From the NCBI GenBank assembly GCA_002245135.1, contig NGBS01001171.1:1-64000 (forward strand): a stretch of 64,000 nt of DNA, in the 5' to 3' direction. The translations under genes and the position numbers were made by a program. Source of the stretch: Proteromonas lacertae. Its lineage: Eukaryota. This document shows, in pieces, positions 1 to 13,495 of this stretch; the first letter of the stretch is position 1, and the number at the start of each line of letters is the position of its first letter. The notes beneath the pieces were generated by a model that saw nothing but the letters and a program-made list of their open reading frames with translations, searched no databases and was not told the DNA's origin.

Positions 1-655
1 GTTCATCTCTTGTGAATCATTACTATTTCCATCATCTTTTTTTCTTTTAGATGGTTGTTTCTTGTTTGGTCCGTTTATAGCATTTATCGCCCTTTGCATT
101 GCTTTTTTTACACTCTCATCTGATTCAAGTGATAAATACTTGTTAATTCTCTTGATTAGAATTGCAGCAAAACTTTCATCATAGCTTACCTTTCCTTTTT
201 CTGTTACCTATATTAGATAATAAACAATAAATACTAAATAGTGAATATTGTTCCAAAATCTTTCTTTTCTAAAAGATTCTTTGTGAGCTCCCCACGAAGC
301 AAATAATTCATATTCCTATACTTATAACAATATAGTGAATACATTCACCATTATTGGTATCACGCAGTCCTTAATGATACTTAAATCTTTAATATCCATT
401 CGAGCTTCTGGAAAGTCACATAGAAACCCTATTTGAGCGTAATTAGTGGTTGATAATTCAACATGATATTCGTCAGTTCCTTCAATTTTAGTTAACTCAC
501 GGCTAGTCAATATAATAAATAATAAAGAATACATAATATGACATCTAAAACGATCAGTCATATTTATTTACATGAATGTTTGATTAGGCTTGATATTAAT
601 CTTTTGTATTTATGTAAGTTACAATCAAGATTACATTGTTGTAATACTCCAGCAT
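1..655 (-). CDS. Hypothetical multi-exon protein, left copy (3' end outside window)
   Basis: Mirror of 36395-37111. Small exons joined by GT-AG introns give an open frame; start codon uncertain. Confidence 0.6.
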
Positions 656-788
656 GGCCTCATTATTGTAGCACGGGTATAACTAAATATTAGAAATTAA
701 TACTTATAAAAATCATAATTTGTTGTTAGTTTGATATAATCTTTACAAATAATGAAAAAATATAACTAATATAATAATAATATTATCA

Positions 789-3588
789 TTATTTACTGCA
801 TACTGGACAAAACCAATCACCTTTAGGAATTGACTTTAATCCAACACATTGTTTATGATAAACTCTTGGACATGTTTCACAACATAATAAATTACCTTTT
901 CTCTTACAAATTTCACATTTATCATTCCATACATCCTTCTTTTTGTTCTTCTTTTGTTGTTGCTTTTCTTTCTTCTTTAATTCTTGTTTCTTCTGTTCTG
1001 TTATCTGTTTTAATGGTTTTTGAATGATGTTAAAAATAAAGATTCAAAAAAGCTCCAAATTCACTTTCAGTTTTACATTCTTTTAATTCATTTAAAAAGT
1101 CTATTTCTACTTTTTCTCCTATTTCTTTTATTTTATAGGAATCATCACTTGCTTTCGCTGTTTTTACTTTGTTAAATGGATAATCAAATATTTCATCATA
1201 TTGAGGAATTAATTCACATAATCCTATTTCTATTAATTCTTTGAAATTATGATTATCATCATCTTCTTTTTCTTTTTCTTTTTCATCATTACCTTCTTCA
1301 TTATCTTCATCTTTCTCTTCATTTTCTTCTTCTTCTTTCATCAATTTCTCTAAATTTTCTTCGATTTTGGAATATTCTTTACTCACTTTAACTAATTCGT
1401 TCACTTCATTATCTATTCTAAATATCTCTTTTTTAACTTGTTTTATTGTAGAAATGTTATTTTCATTTGCCTGAAATATACCTTCATCCACTTTTCTAAA
1501 CTGTTTTCTTATGACATTTTGATAGAGTTTTATCTTTGGCATAACTATTTCTAAATGTTTATGTAATTTCTCTTCTTTTATTCCTTCTATAAAGAGATTA
1601 TTTTGTAGTTTTTCTACATCATCGTAATTATCATAATATGACCATTTACTCACTAATGTTAGAGGATCTATAAGTGAAATTACATCTTTTTCTATACTCA
1701 ATTATTATATATAACTATAAATATATACTTTTATTGTTTGATAATATCATATTCTCATCATATTCTTCTACAAATATCATATTTGGTTCAGTTGAGAAAT
1801 ACCAATATCTATTATTACAATAATCACTACCTAACGCTTTCGTTCTTATGTTATTCTCATTGGTAGATGCTTTATTCAAATACTATTTCATTTATATATA
1901 TAAATATATACATTTTCTTTCTTTTCTTTCAATTTATTCATAGACATATCTTTACTACTTATATTTTCTATATCTTCTAAAAGAGATTGTATTATGAAAA
2001 ATGGTAATATAAGTGGATGACAATATTTATCATTTCCTCTACCTCCTAATAAAGAACATTCTTCAGCTGAACTAATTATTTTCTAATACAAATAAATAGA
2101 AAATTACATACATTTACTACATCTATTTTATTAGCCGATTTTACTGAAGACTTTATTAATTCAAGTAATGATTCTTGTTGACCTTTTATTGATTGAACAA
2201 ATTGCATATACATATCTTCATCTCTTCTATAACCTTTCATCTTCTTTTCAACATTATCTTTATATTTTTCAATATATTTTAAATAGGATTTGTAACTGGT
2301 ATGAGTTTTAAAATATGTTTTATAGTTATCTGGAAGATTAGATGGTTTGAATGGGTCTTTTAAACTGTCTATTTTATAAGAATAATAATTGAATTATATA
2401 TATATATATGTAATTAAATACTTGGATATAAATAACTTGAAGATATTTCAAATATTTTATTATCTTCTAATATTGTACTACTTAATTCATTAATGTCATT
2501 ATTGATTGACTTTTTCTGCTGTTTTATTTCTTTTAATTTCTCTTTTTCACTATTTATATAACTCAAATGTTTAGTTATTTTTTCTTGTTGATTGTCAACT
2601 TCTGATTTTATATAATCTATTATGTTATCACAATCATATATTAGCGTAGAAACATTGTATAATACCATTATTCTATTCTCAAAATCTAGTTCTTTTATAC
2701 TATCATTATTTAATATCTATTATGAATAATTAAACAGATTTATACAATATTAACTACTTCTTGATCAAAATTAATAATATTCTCATACTTAGTCACAAAC
2801 AACTGCAATAAATAATAACTGGAAATAATATTTATATCACTCTTTTCATCTTCAAAGTATGTATATATTGTCTCGATATTTTCACTTTCAAATATTTTTA
2901 TTTTTTCTTTACTATTACTTGATTCTATACAATAGGAATGGTATAATAATGAAACGAACTCATTTAATATTATTTCCAATTTATATTCATCTTCTTTTAC
3001 TCTTAATGAAGCTATGAATTCATCAAGTGTAATTTCATTGTATTGTTCCACTAATAAAAATAAATTGAAAGTATTCCAAGTCTATTTAGGACATTATTTT
3101 AAGGGATATTTATACTTCCATTATATAATATAGTAAATTAGATGGAACACTCAAGTATTCACTCAGATCTTTTGGCTTTGGACGATTTTCAATAAGTTCT
3201 TTCGGAATTTTGGGAATACTAAAACGTCTTTCAATTTCTAATAACTCATCTAATTGCTTTTTATACTACAAATATGAAATAAGACAGATATACTTCCTTT
3301 AACTGTTCTTTTGTGCTTAGTACTTTGAAAGTTTCTTGTAATGGACTTGGTGTTACTGGACTTGTAACTTTTATCTTCCTTTTCTTCATCGGGATCTCAA
3401 TCTTCATATCATCGTCACTCAACTCTCTAATTATAATTATTGACATATAAATACTCTGCTTTTCTTTTTGATAATTCTTCTGTATTTTGGACTTCTGTAG
3501 GTGAAGTTTTCACTGATGGACTGTTTTTATTTTCTATGCTATCGTTTAATTCAATTGGCACGGGTATTTCACTAGCAGTTTCTGACAT
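789..3588 (-). CDS. WHIM/WSD + C-terminal PHD finger chromatin protein (BAZ/ACF1-like), left copy; 1-bp frameshift near 1035
   Basis: Start [14 protein letters not shown]-like [13 protein letters not shown]...[16 protein letters not shown] finger [41 protein letters not shown]5 run versus T4 in the right copy breaks the frame. Confidence 0.8.
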
Positions 3589-3630
3589 TCTAACACAAAA
3601 CTATCTCTATAAAAAACAAAAAATGAAATA

Positions 3631-3647
3631 TTCAAAAACGCGCCAAA
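3631..3647 (-). promoter_or_regulatory. E2F-like site (TTTGGCGCG) followed by CHR-like TTTGAA
   Basis: Minus strand reads TTTGGCGCGTTTTTGAA about 45-60 nt upstream of the PHD-gene ATG. A GC-rich motif in AT-rich DNA, retained in both arms. Confidence 0.4.
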
Positions 3648-3968
3648 TACAATTAAGTGAAAATTTTCAAACACCAAATATTAAAAAGCTTGAATTTTTG
3701 TTGTAGAAACAGCCAAATAACAACAGAAATATGCGCGAATGAAAATTCAATTAATTACAACATAAATAATAGGAGTAGTTAAGTACAAAAATACTAATGT
3801 TAAACTATTTATATGTTATAAGTAAATCTATCCACAACCATGAAAAATGGATATCAAATGGGTAGGAGGTTATATACACATTATAATTTCAAATTTAAAC
3901 ATTTAGGTTATCCAAAAACTGAAAAAATAGCTTGGCTTGAATTCTTTCGTTATTGTTGATTCTATATA

Positions 3969-6854
3969 ATGGGAAGTGTTCCAAGTAAAATTGATGGATA
4001 TTCTGTATATTGAGATTGGTATTATATTGTAGATATTAAAAGAAACATCATCAAATGGATTTAGTAGTTGTTTAGAAGTGAAAGAAGAAACATCAGATCA
4101 AGAGAAAGTTTTGAAGATTTACAATCGCAAATACATTCCTGAAGTTAATATTACCAAGTATTTAGATGAATTAAAGAAAACTGAAGAATTAATAATACCG
4201 CATATTGGTAGATATGATGAAGTTAAAAATGAAAATGATTTTCTAGCCATTAAAATGAAAAAATACCCTAAAACATTAGAAACTATTAATCCTTTACACT
4301 ATTTCAATAAACACGGTATAGGAGGTATATTAATTAATATTTGTGAGACACTTGAAGCATTCCACAGAAAAGGTTTGATATATGGTAATTTAAAACCATC
4401 CAATATATTAATAACTGAAAATGGAAAATATATGTTGATTGACTATTTTTCCAACTTATTAACCAAAAATTTTGAAATTGAAAAAGAGAACTTATCCTAC
4501 TGTAGTCCAGAAATGATAATAAACGAAGGAATTAATACCAAAACAGATATGTGGAGTTTAGGATGTATTATCTATTATTTAATGACTGGAAAGAAAGTGT
4601 TTGAAGGTGAAACAACCACCGAAATAAAAGAGAAGATAATAAACTGTGATTATAAACAATTAGGTTTCGAATATGTTAGAGGGTATGTTCAACTGATTGA
4701 GAGATTATTAAGAAAAGATCCAAACGAAAGAATATCTGTGAAAGAAGTTAAAGAAGAAGTTATTAGTATATATATATATATATAATTATAATTATTAAAT
4801 ATAGAAATGAATCCTATTCCTATTGATTTACACCCCAAACCATCAGAAACTAGTAAAATGCCATTATCCTATGATGAAAATAAAGATAAAGGTGATGAAC
4901 TTTATGAAAATAGTGAATATCAAGAAGCTATAAAATACTTCACGGAAGGATTAAAATATTGTGAAAGAGATAATCAAAAGTGTTATATGAATGCTTATTT
5001 AGGTTATTCTTACCTTAATCTAGTATATATTTATATATATTATATTTTCTATTTGTTTAATAGAAGAATTATGGTGAAAGTGTAAAGTATTTATGTGAAG
5101 CTTATAGATATGCAAGTGAAGAACCAAAAGTAGTGAAATTAAATATTTGTGAAAATATTGGAAAGTTATATTTTAGTACAGTATATATATATATATATAT
5201 ATTATTTTATTGTAATTATAATTAGAATCAATTTGTTGAAGCATTACCTGCTTTTAATGAAGCATTAACCTATACAACAGGAAGAGAAAAATTTACTAAA
5301 TGTGAATTATACAAGTATTTAGGTAAAACATATTATAACCTTGTATTTATAAATATATTATTTATTTATATGAAATAGGAAAGATATGAAGAATCAATTG
5401 AATCATTCAATACATCAATGAGATATTGTGAAGAAGGAGAAAAGGATGATGATGATAATGCTGAACTTAAATCTGATTTGAATTTATCAATTGGTAAATC
5501 TTACTTCAAAACTGTATTTAATATAAATATATATTCACAATATAATGATAGGGGAAAAACAAAGAGACATTAACTTCCTTAACAGAATCATTAAAATATT
5601 CGAAAGAATCTCATGATCATGTTAAATGTGAAATATATAGACATATTGGTTATGCTTATTTAAATATCGTATATATATAATAATAATAATAATTATTATT
5701 ATTAGAAATATTATCTTGAGAGTTTATCTGCATTTAGACAAGCTGAAAAGTATTGTGGTGATGAACCAAGTGAAGTAAAATCAAATATTGCAGAAAATAT
5801 AGGTAATTTATATTATCTAGCTGTATAAATATATGAATATTTATTATTAATAATTACTAGGAACATTATAAAGAAGCTATTCCACCATTTGAAGATACTT
5901 TAAAACTTGCTAAGAGAAGTGAAAATGATAAATTCAAGTATTATAAATTGTTAGGTAAATCATATTTCTTAATCGTATATTTAATGTTGTTGTTATTTTA
6001 TAAATAGAAAAGATATGCTAAAGCTGTATTAGCCTTTAAGAAAGCTATGCATTATTTCAATGATGAAAGTGAAGATGATAAAGTTGATATATATTTGTCA
6101 CTTGGAATATCATTTTACAGAAATGTATTTATTTAGTAGTTTATTACTTTTATATAAATATAGTCACAATATGAAGAATGTTTAAGTATCTTAACAAGAT
6201 CAATTAAGCATGCAAAAGGTTCAAAAGATCTTGTAAAATGTGAAATTTATAGACATATCGGTTATTCTCAATATATTCTTGTATATATATTATTTATTGT
6301 TATGAAATAATATAAATAGAAACATTATGATGAAAGTTTTGCTGCTTTTAAAGAAGCTAAGAAATATTGTGATGAGGAAAGTGATGAGATTAAGTGTGAT
6401 ATATATTCTCATATAGGAAAAATAATGTATGATACAAATCATTTCAACGAAGCAATTTCCCCATTTGATAAGTCAGTTATGTATATTAAAGATGTAAGTG
6501 ATTCAGTCAAATGTGAGATATTTAAATTGTTGGGTAAATCATGCTACAATGTCGTATATCATATTATATATATATTTAATCTAATATATAGGGAAGAATT
6601 AATGCTGCAATTAAGTCATTAGTTGAAGCTGTTAAATACTGTAAGAAAGAAAGTAATGAAATCAAATCAGATATTTATCAGTCTTTAGGAAAAGCATATC
6701 AGAAGAATGTATAAACATATTGTTGATAATCTATTATTAGGGTGATAATAAAGAAGCAAAAGAGACATTCAACGAAGCAATTAAGTTCAAAGATGAGATA
6801 AATAGAGGTGAAGTGGATGAATTGTTGCTAAGTGGAAGTTGGTTCTTTGAATGA
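3969..6854 (+). CDS. Putative N-myristoylated pseudokinase fused to ~12 TPR-like repeats, left copy
   Basis: Starts MGSVPS. Kinase fold has YGNLKPSN (no catalytic Asp), DYF for DFG, CSPE and DMWSLG. It is spliced to mostly 117-nt phase-0 exons, each encoding one TPR-like unit. Stop TGA at 6852-6854. Confidence 0.85.
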
Positions 6855-7841
6855 TCTATATAAATAGAAATAATTATATTAACTATATAAATATGGTATC
6901 ATCGCTGTTGTTTTTGAGTAAATGTAAAGAATTTTGTAAGTAAAGATAATTTAGGTTTATTTATATTGTTCACAAATTATATGATATATTATTATATCCT
7001 AGTTTATATTCTCATCCATCAAGTGTAATTAACCACTATAAACAAAGATTTAAAAAATATCATTAAAGATTCGGTTTTCGGTTTTCTGATATTTGAAAAT
7101 CTTTTAATTAAATGATATACAAGAATAAGATTTGGTCTAAAATTAATTGATGCGTTTATGTGTGATGGAAAGTACTGTATAGCATAAATGTTCATTAAAT
7201 TCAGTTAATTAGGAGTTGAGCAGTATATTTTATAGTATAATTGAAAGAAATAATATGTATATAGATTAATCATTATTATTTCTAGACAACCTTCTCAGAT
7301 GTGTTAATTTATTCATAAATGTTCTAGTAGTTTGAATTATGTTCTGCATATGAATACTACCGCATTAATTTAGTAATGCTAATTAAATATCGTATTCTGA
7401 TATAGCATTTATAGAATTAGACATTACTCTCTGAAACAAAGTGCTTTTCATTAGCAACAATTCATTATGAGTTTGCACATGTTTATCGGTTGTTTTCTAT
7501 TATGGAGGTAATATGTGATAAGAGAGCCAAAGAATTATTGTAAAAAAGAAAATTGAAAGTTTTTTCTTTTTTGCATTTCTTTGTTTTCTTCTTAAGTGAA
7601 CATTTAAAAGCAGTTAAATTTGCATTATTTGTAGTTGGTATATATCTATCTATTATTTTACGCAATATCTCTCTCACTTTCATACTCATTACCTCATTAT
7701 CTAATTTTATAGATAAAGAATGAGTTATTTTTCATATTGTTCAACCAATGCAGCAGATATTGGCAAAAATAAAGAAGAAAAAGTAGAATTTTCACTATTA
7801 CTTGATAATTTATACAAGATCAATATCAAAACTCCTAATGT

Positions 7842-10249
7842 ATGATATTTATGGTTATATGTATTTCTTTTGTAGTGAATTCCAATACTTTATTCTTCAA
7901 ATTTTCATACCTTAGTAGTAATAGTAGATGGGGATATAGAATGTTTGTTATTGGATTAGGAGATTCAGAAATATTATCTGAAAGAGCTTTTGTATCAAAT
8001 CCAAATTTAGAGTGGTCATTATGGTTATTGAATATTATATTACATCAATCAAATATAATAGATTCATTAAACAAAGAAATCAAACAACAACTATTCAATA
8101 CTTTAGTTAAACAATTTGTTAAGTCTATAAACAAAGAAAGAATAATAAATATATTAGTTACATTATTCAGAGATGAAAGATTTAAAGATTTAGTAACACA
8201 ATCAAAAGAAATAGATGATTTAGCATCACAATCATTTAATAACATTAACTATGGAAGAAAAAGAGACAATATAGATTTATTCTTGATAGAATTGTATTGT
8301 CTGTCAAAATATCATTCAAATCCAATAAATATTAATAAATTAGAAAGTGATGAAATATCAATAGAGAAAATATCATCAGTCTATTCATTGTTATATGAAA
8401 TGTCTATCAGTCAATATATTCCTTTATTTAATCATTCAAATTCAATAAATTATAATACAAAAACATATGAAGCAACCTCATATCCACGTAAAAACAGATA
8501 TATGAAATATGAATATGAATGTAATTGTTTTAATAACTTTAAAGTGATTATTCACAAAAATACAAATGTTGGAAAAGAAAAAATAAATATAATATATAAC
8601 AATGATTCCAAGCAATTTATTGGTAAATTTGATGATGATTTAGTTGTTGAGATTAATAATACAAACAGAATTAGTATTGAAACATGGTTGTTTAAATCAA
8701 AATCATTCAAATACATGTTATCTATAAGATATTTAAAAGTAATAAAAGATAATGGTGAGAAGAAATAGAGACATATAATCATAATTATCAAGAAGTAACA
8801 AATATAATGAATGTTATAAACAGAATAAATGAAACAAATTCTATTCCTGAAAGAGATGTTTATAATCAATACATAAATGAAAATGGAATTGATAATATTC
8901 CAACATGGGATGTATTTGAAGAATTACATAAATCAGTTGATATAATAAGAAAGAATATGATTGAGGTATTAAAATATGTTGATTTGTCTCAATTAAATGT
9001 GAAAAGCAGTTTTGCATATTTGATTAAAGAGAATAAGATATTTATATCAAAGAAACAAAAGAAGTTATATTCCAATAAAGTAAAGAATGAATTAAGAATT
9101 AGATATGGAAATAGTGTAAAATCTGTAGAAATTGACAGATTTAAAGCAAATAATGAAAAGGTAAAAGGAAAAATAAACTCATTACAATCAAATTGTGTAT
9201 TTAAACAATTATACAATCAATTATATGGATATGGAGAAAGAATATGGTTTGCAACATCTGATGGATATCAAGTATTTACAGTTCATTTTACAAATGAAGG
9301 TGCTTCAGATGCAGGTGGACCATATAGAGAATGTTTAGAAGAAATGATTGAAGATTTATTCAGTGAATATTTTGATTTGTTTATTCCAACAAGTAACAAT
9401 AAACATAAATATGGTATTGATACTGATTGTTTTATTCCCAATCCAAATTGTAAAGAGATAGAACATTTGAAAATGTATGAATTTGTTGGTAGAATAATGG
9501 GATATTCAATATTATCAAATGCCTCTTTACCATTTATGTTTCCCAAATGTTTTTGGAATGTTTTTAATGGAAATGAATTAAGATATGAAGATATCTATGA
9601 TTTAGATCAATATTTATATAATAATCTAGAAGAGATAAGAAATGCCAAAAATGAAGAAGAATTACCAAAACAACCAGCATTTGTGATAAGTGATGAAAAT
9701 GGTGAGATAATGAATCTAAATGAAGGAATTGAAGAAGAATTGAATATGGAGAATAAAGAAAAACATTGTGAATTAATAACCAATTATTTTATTCATCGAT
9801 GTGATATTCAAATAAAATCAATATTAAAAGGATTGTATAGTGTAATTCCACAATCATATTTCTTCTTATTTAATGGAGATGATATAGAAGAATTTGTGTG
9901 TGGAAAAGCAGAGATAGATGTTGAATATTTGAAACAACATACTAGATATGAAGGATATGATAGTAATAGTCAAACAGTACTTGATTTTTGGAAAGTAATG
10001 GAGAGTTTTAACAATGAAGAAAGAAGAAAATTCATAAGATTTGTTTGGGGAAGAAGTAGATTGCCTTTGAAAGGAGAAAATTGGAATAATTCATTCATAA
10101 TATATAGATGTTGTTCTACAGATAGATTACCATCATCACATACCTGTAGTTTTCAAATTGATTTACCAGATTATTCAAATTATGATTTGTTGGAAAGAAA
10201 TTTGAGAATAGTAATAAATTATGGATTGGGATCTATGTTAAATGCCTAA
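7842..10249 (+). CDS. HECT E3 ubiquitin ligase, left copy, split by apparent 1-bp deletion near 8758
   Basis: EGASDAGGPYRE, FVWGRSRLP and RLPSSHTCSFQIDLPDY (catalytic Cys). Adding one base at ggtgagaagaaatag joins the two ORFs into 802 aa. True 5' end unresolved. Confidence 0.85.
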
Positions 10250-10487
10250 ATAAACATTTGATTAATAAAAATACTGTTTATTAATTACTTCTCTTTGATT
10301 TATGAATAATTTATGTAAAAATCTATGTACACACCAGAAACTCTCTATAACTCCATTTCTATAATAATATATTATCATCATGTATTCATCATAATTACAC
10401 TTAATTTAAAATTTAAAAAATATCAAAATTATGATCGTTTCATTCAAGCCAAAAACTTGATCCTTTTTTATTCTTTTTCATTTTAAG

Positions 10488-11967
10488 ATGCATATAGTTG
10501 TATATTTCACTATTTTATATGCTCAGATTATTGACACAAGAGTAAATGATGGAATGAAAGAAGAAGGTGAGGAATTGGTGAAGAATCTGAAGAATTGTCT
10601 TGAAAACTACAGTATATTGTTGATTAATATATTCCAGTGTTAATAAAAAGTACAATGGAATTGTTATGTGAAGAATATGTGAGTTGCTTGTGTATTAGTG
10701 AGAAGTAGAGATAATCTATGAGTTATATAAAATGTATAGAGTGAATGTGATGTTTAAACCCTGCCAATTCAAAGATAGTTTAAAGAATTTCGAGAATAGT
10801 TGTTTAAGACTAAATGTGAGTGAATTAAGCAAGACCAACTCTCCATTAGAATCAGTGGCATTGACTGTTAGTTGTAAATTGATCCAAATGAACTTAGGTA
10901 AAAAGAATGAGGATATAAGAATCTCTTATTTTACCTCCAACATATTTGAGAAAGATGAAAATATTGAGAAATTGTACAATTATTTATTTAAGAAATGTAT
11001 AAAATTGGAAATATTATACATATCATCAGCATGTGAAATAGAAATAGATAAAGTATATATATATATATATATAATATACATAATATTGATAGTTAATTGA
11101 GTTTAAAAGATCAATCGAAGAATATGCGAATATTGAGATAATTCCATTATTAAATGATTATTACAATATATTAAAAAAGACAAGAGAATGGATTTCATTA
11201 GAATTACCATCCATTGAATCAGTTTTAATACTTTCAAATCCAACAACAACAACAACAACAGTATTTATATATATATTAATAATGACAATAGAAAAGAGAA
11301 ATAAATGTTAAAATCATTTTACCTTATATTTATGGTCCTCCATTCACTTCTTATTCTATTTCTTCGTTATTTCATAATGGAATGACCAAATTTACATTAT
11401 TATGCAAAATTGAGTTAGATTCAATTGATTTAAGTATTATCTCTTATACCTTATTAATAAAGATTCCTTTAATGAATAATACTTTTAATTATGATAATTA
11501 CTTAAATAATATGAAGAATTTCAATACCTTAATATACTATTTACATAGCAATAGTAATATAGGATTATTATTCTACACCTATAATCCAATAAATAGATTA
11601 AAAGAATATTATATTATAATAAGTAGTGATAATAATGAAAATACAAATGAATGTTTATTATTATTAAGAATCCCAACAAATGAACAAATATTATATAGAC
11701 AAAATCGAAATGAAGATACAATAAGTGAAGAATATAATAATGAATTAATAATGTATATAATATATATTAATGTATGTGTATAGGGATTTAGATGGAATGA
11801 AAGTAGATAGTTTTAATCCTTTATTATACAGTAGTGATTTGAAAGAACCAAAGAATGTTGTTATTAATAATAATAATAATACTTCAGTAAATGATAAGAA
11901 AAAGAAAAGAGTGAAAAGAAAACTATTATTAACATCACCTCCTTCTAAACCTACAATCTCAATTTAA
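10488..11967 (+). CDS. Possible M1AP (meiosis 1 arrest protein)-like protein, left copy
   Basis: Spliced model. C-terminal motifs YLNNMKNFNTLIYYL, YYIII..LLLLRIPTNEQIL and LDGMKVDSFNPLL resemble the M1AP C-terminus as I recall it; not searched. Confidence 0.5.
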
Positions 11968-12112
11968 TTATATTTTTATTATTTTTGATATTTTTGTTGT
12001 AATTTGTTTGTTGAGTTGAAAATAAAATAAATAACAATGAAAAACAGTTAACAAATCACTTATTTATTAATTTTACACAAAAACAGTGAGATAATGAGAG
12101 AGATTATTCAAC

Positions 12113-13495
12113 CTATTCATCAGTTTCATTACTGTGTGTTATATAATAATAATTTATTCTTCTTTTATCCAAAATTTCTTTTCTTTTTCTATATAAATAA
12201 CAATAATAATAATAATAACATATACTCATAATAACTAATATCATAAGGTGTTTTTTCTTTCAATTTCTTTTCTTCATTCGATATTCTATAAGCCATAAAC
12301 ATACAAATAGCTATTATTATTGCTGAAATATATAATATTATTCTTTCAAATTCATTCAATCCTTTCATTGAAAAGTGAATTTGATTTATTCCTGGTAAAT
12401 TTACTTTATCTTCTTGGTATAACAAATATAACCTATTAAATATATATATTCATCATTATTACAATACATGATATGAACAAATATCATATTCAAAACAAAT
12501 AACATAAACTCTTTGTATTTGAAATCTTTATATCTCTTTGAATCATTGATTCTTTTTTCTATTTCTAATCCTATTTCATTTATATCTTCTCCTACTCTTT
12601 CTTCATATTTATTTATTTTATTATTAACTAAATTTTCTATTTTTGAACAAATCTCATTTAAATCTGATGAATTATTAATCTTTTCAGTTTCATATGGCTT
12701 TGGTATTGATAAAGAATAAACTTTATCAATATTTACACTTAAACTACTTAAACTACTTCCTAATCTCACTGAACAATTAACCAATTCATTTCTATTCAAT
12801 AAATCTACTTTTGTTAAACAATATATCATTTTCTCTTTATATTTCTCATTCAATTTTATTATTATTTCTCTTGTTTTATTACAACTTAATACTACATGTT
12901 CATCTAGAAATACCAACACTAAATCACATTTATCTACTAATTCCAATATTATTTCTTCTTCTTTGTAATTGCAATATAAATCATCAGATAAACCAGGAGT
13001 GTCTATCAAATCTACCAACTTTGAGTCATGTGAATTAAACACAGTAAATTTTGTTTCAAAATAATCCAAAAAACTTTCACTTTCTTTCAATTTTTCTATC
13101 TCAGGCCAATAACTTAAAGCATTTAATCCAATTTCTGTATCATGATTTATAGTAACAAATCTAATTAAGGTGAATTTGGTTGTATCTATTTGTTCTCCTG
13201 TTTGTTGAACTATCCCTCCAACATACCCTAAATATCATCATAATACATTTATCATACAATTCACAAACTGACTCTTACCTGAAGACTGATTTCCAATTAT
13301 TAACACTTTCGTTCTTTTATCTTTTGCTTTTAAATCAACCGATAAATCTTTGCTTAATGATCTTAAACCAATTTTACAGTTTCTGTCTCTATACAGTTCA
13401 TTCAACTCCTTTATTTTCATCTCTTTTGTGTCTAATATTTCCTAATAAATCATCAAAAAAAGATATACTGGTGAATCACATTCATATGTTGACAT
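12113..13495 (-). CDS. Dynamin/EHD-like P-loop GTPase with C-terminal hydrophobic helices, left copy
   Basis: G1 GNQSSGKS, G3 LIDTPG, G4 TKVD; two hydrophobic segments near the C-terminus. Confidence 0.75.

Noticed and set aside
5023..6740. Regular ~155-bp periodicity as a CRISPR-like or tandem DNA array
   Set aside because: It is exon-intron periodicity of protein repeats, with no conserved nucleotide repeat.
6855..7840. Unusually long intergenic region as ncRNA or transposon
   Set aside because: No recognisable RNA structure, terminal repeats or coherent ORF. It may hold unresolved or decayed HECT 5' exons.
8739..8770. Intron rescuing the left HECT frame
   Set aside because: The only in-frame option ends in GAG and is purine-rich, unlike the TAG-ending AT-rich introns here; a 1-bp deletion is simpler.
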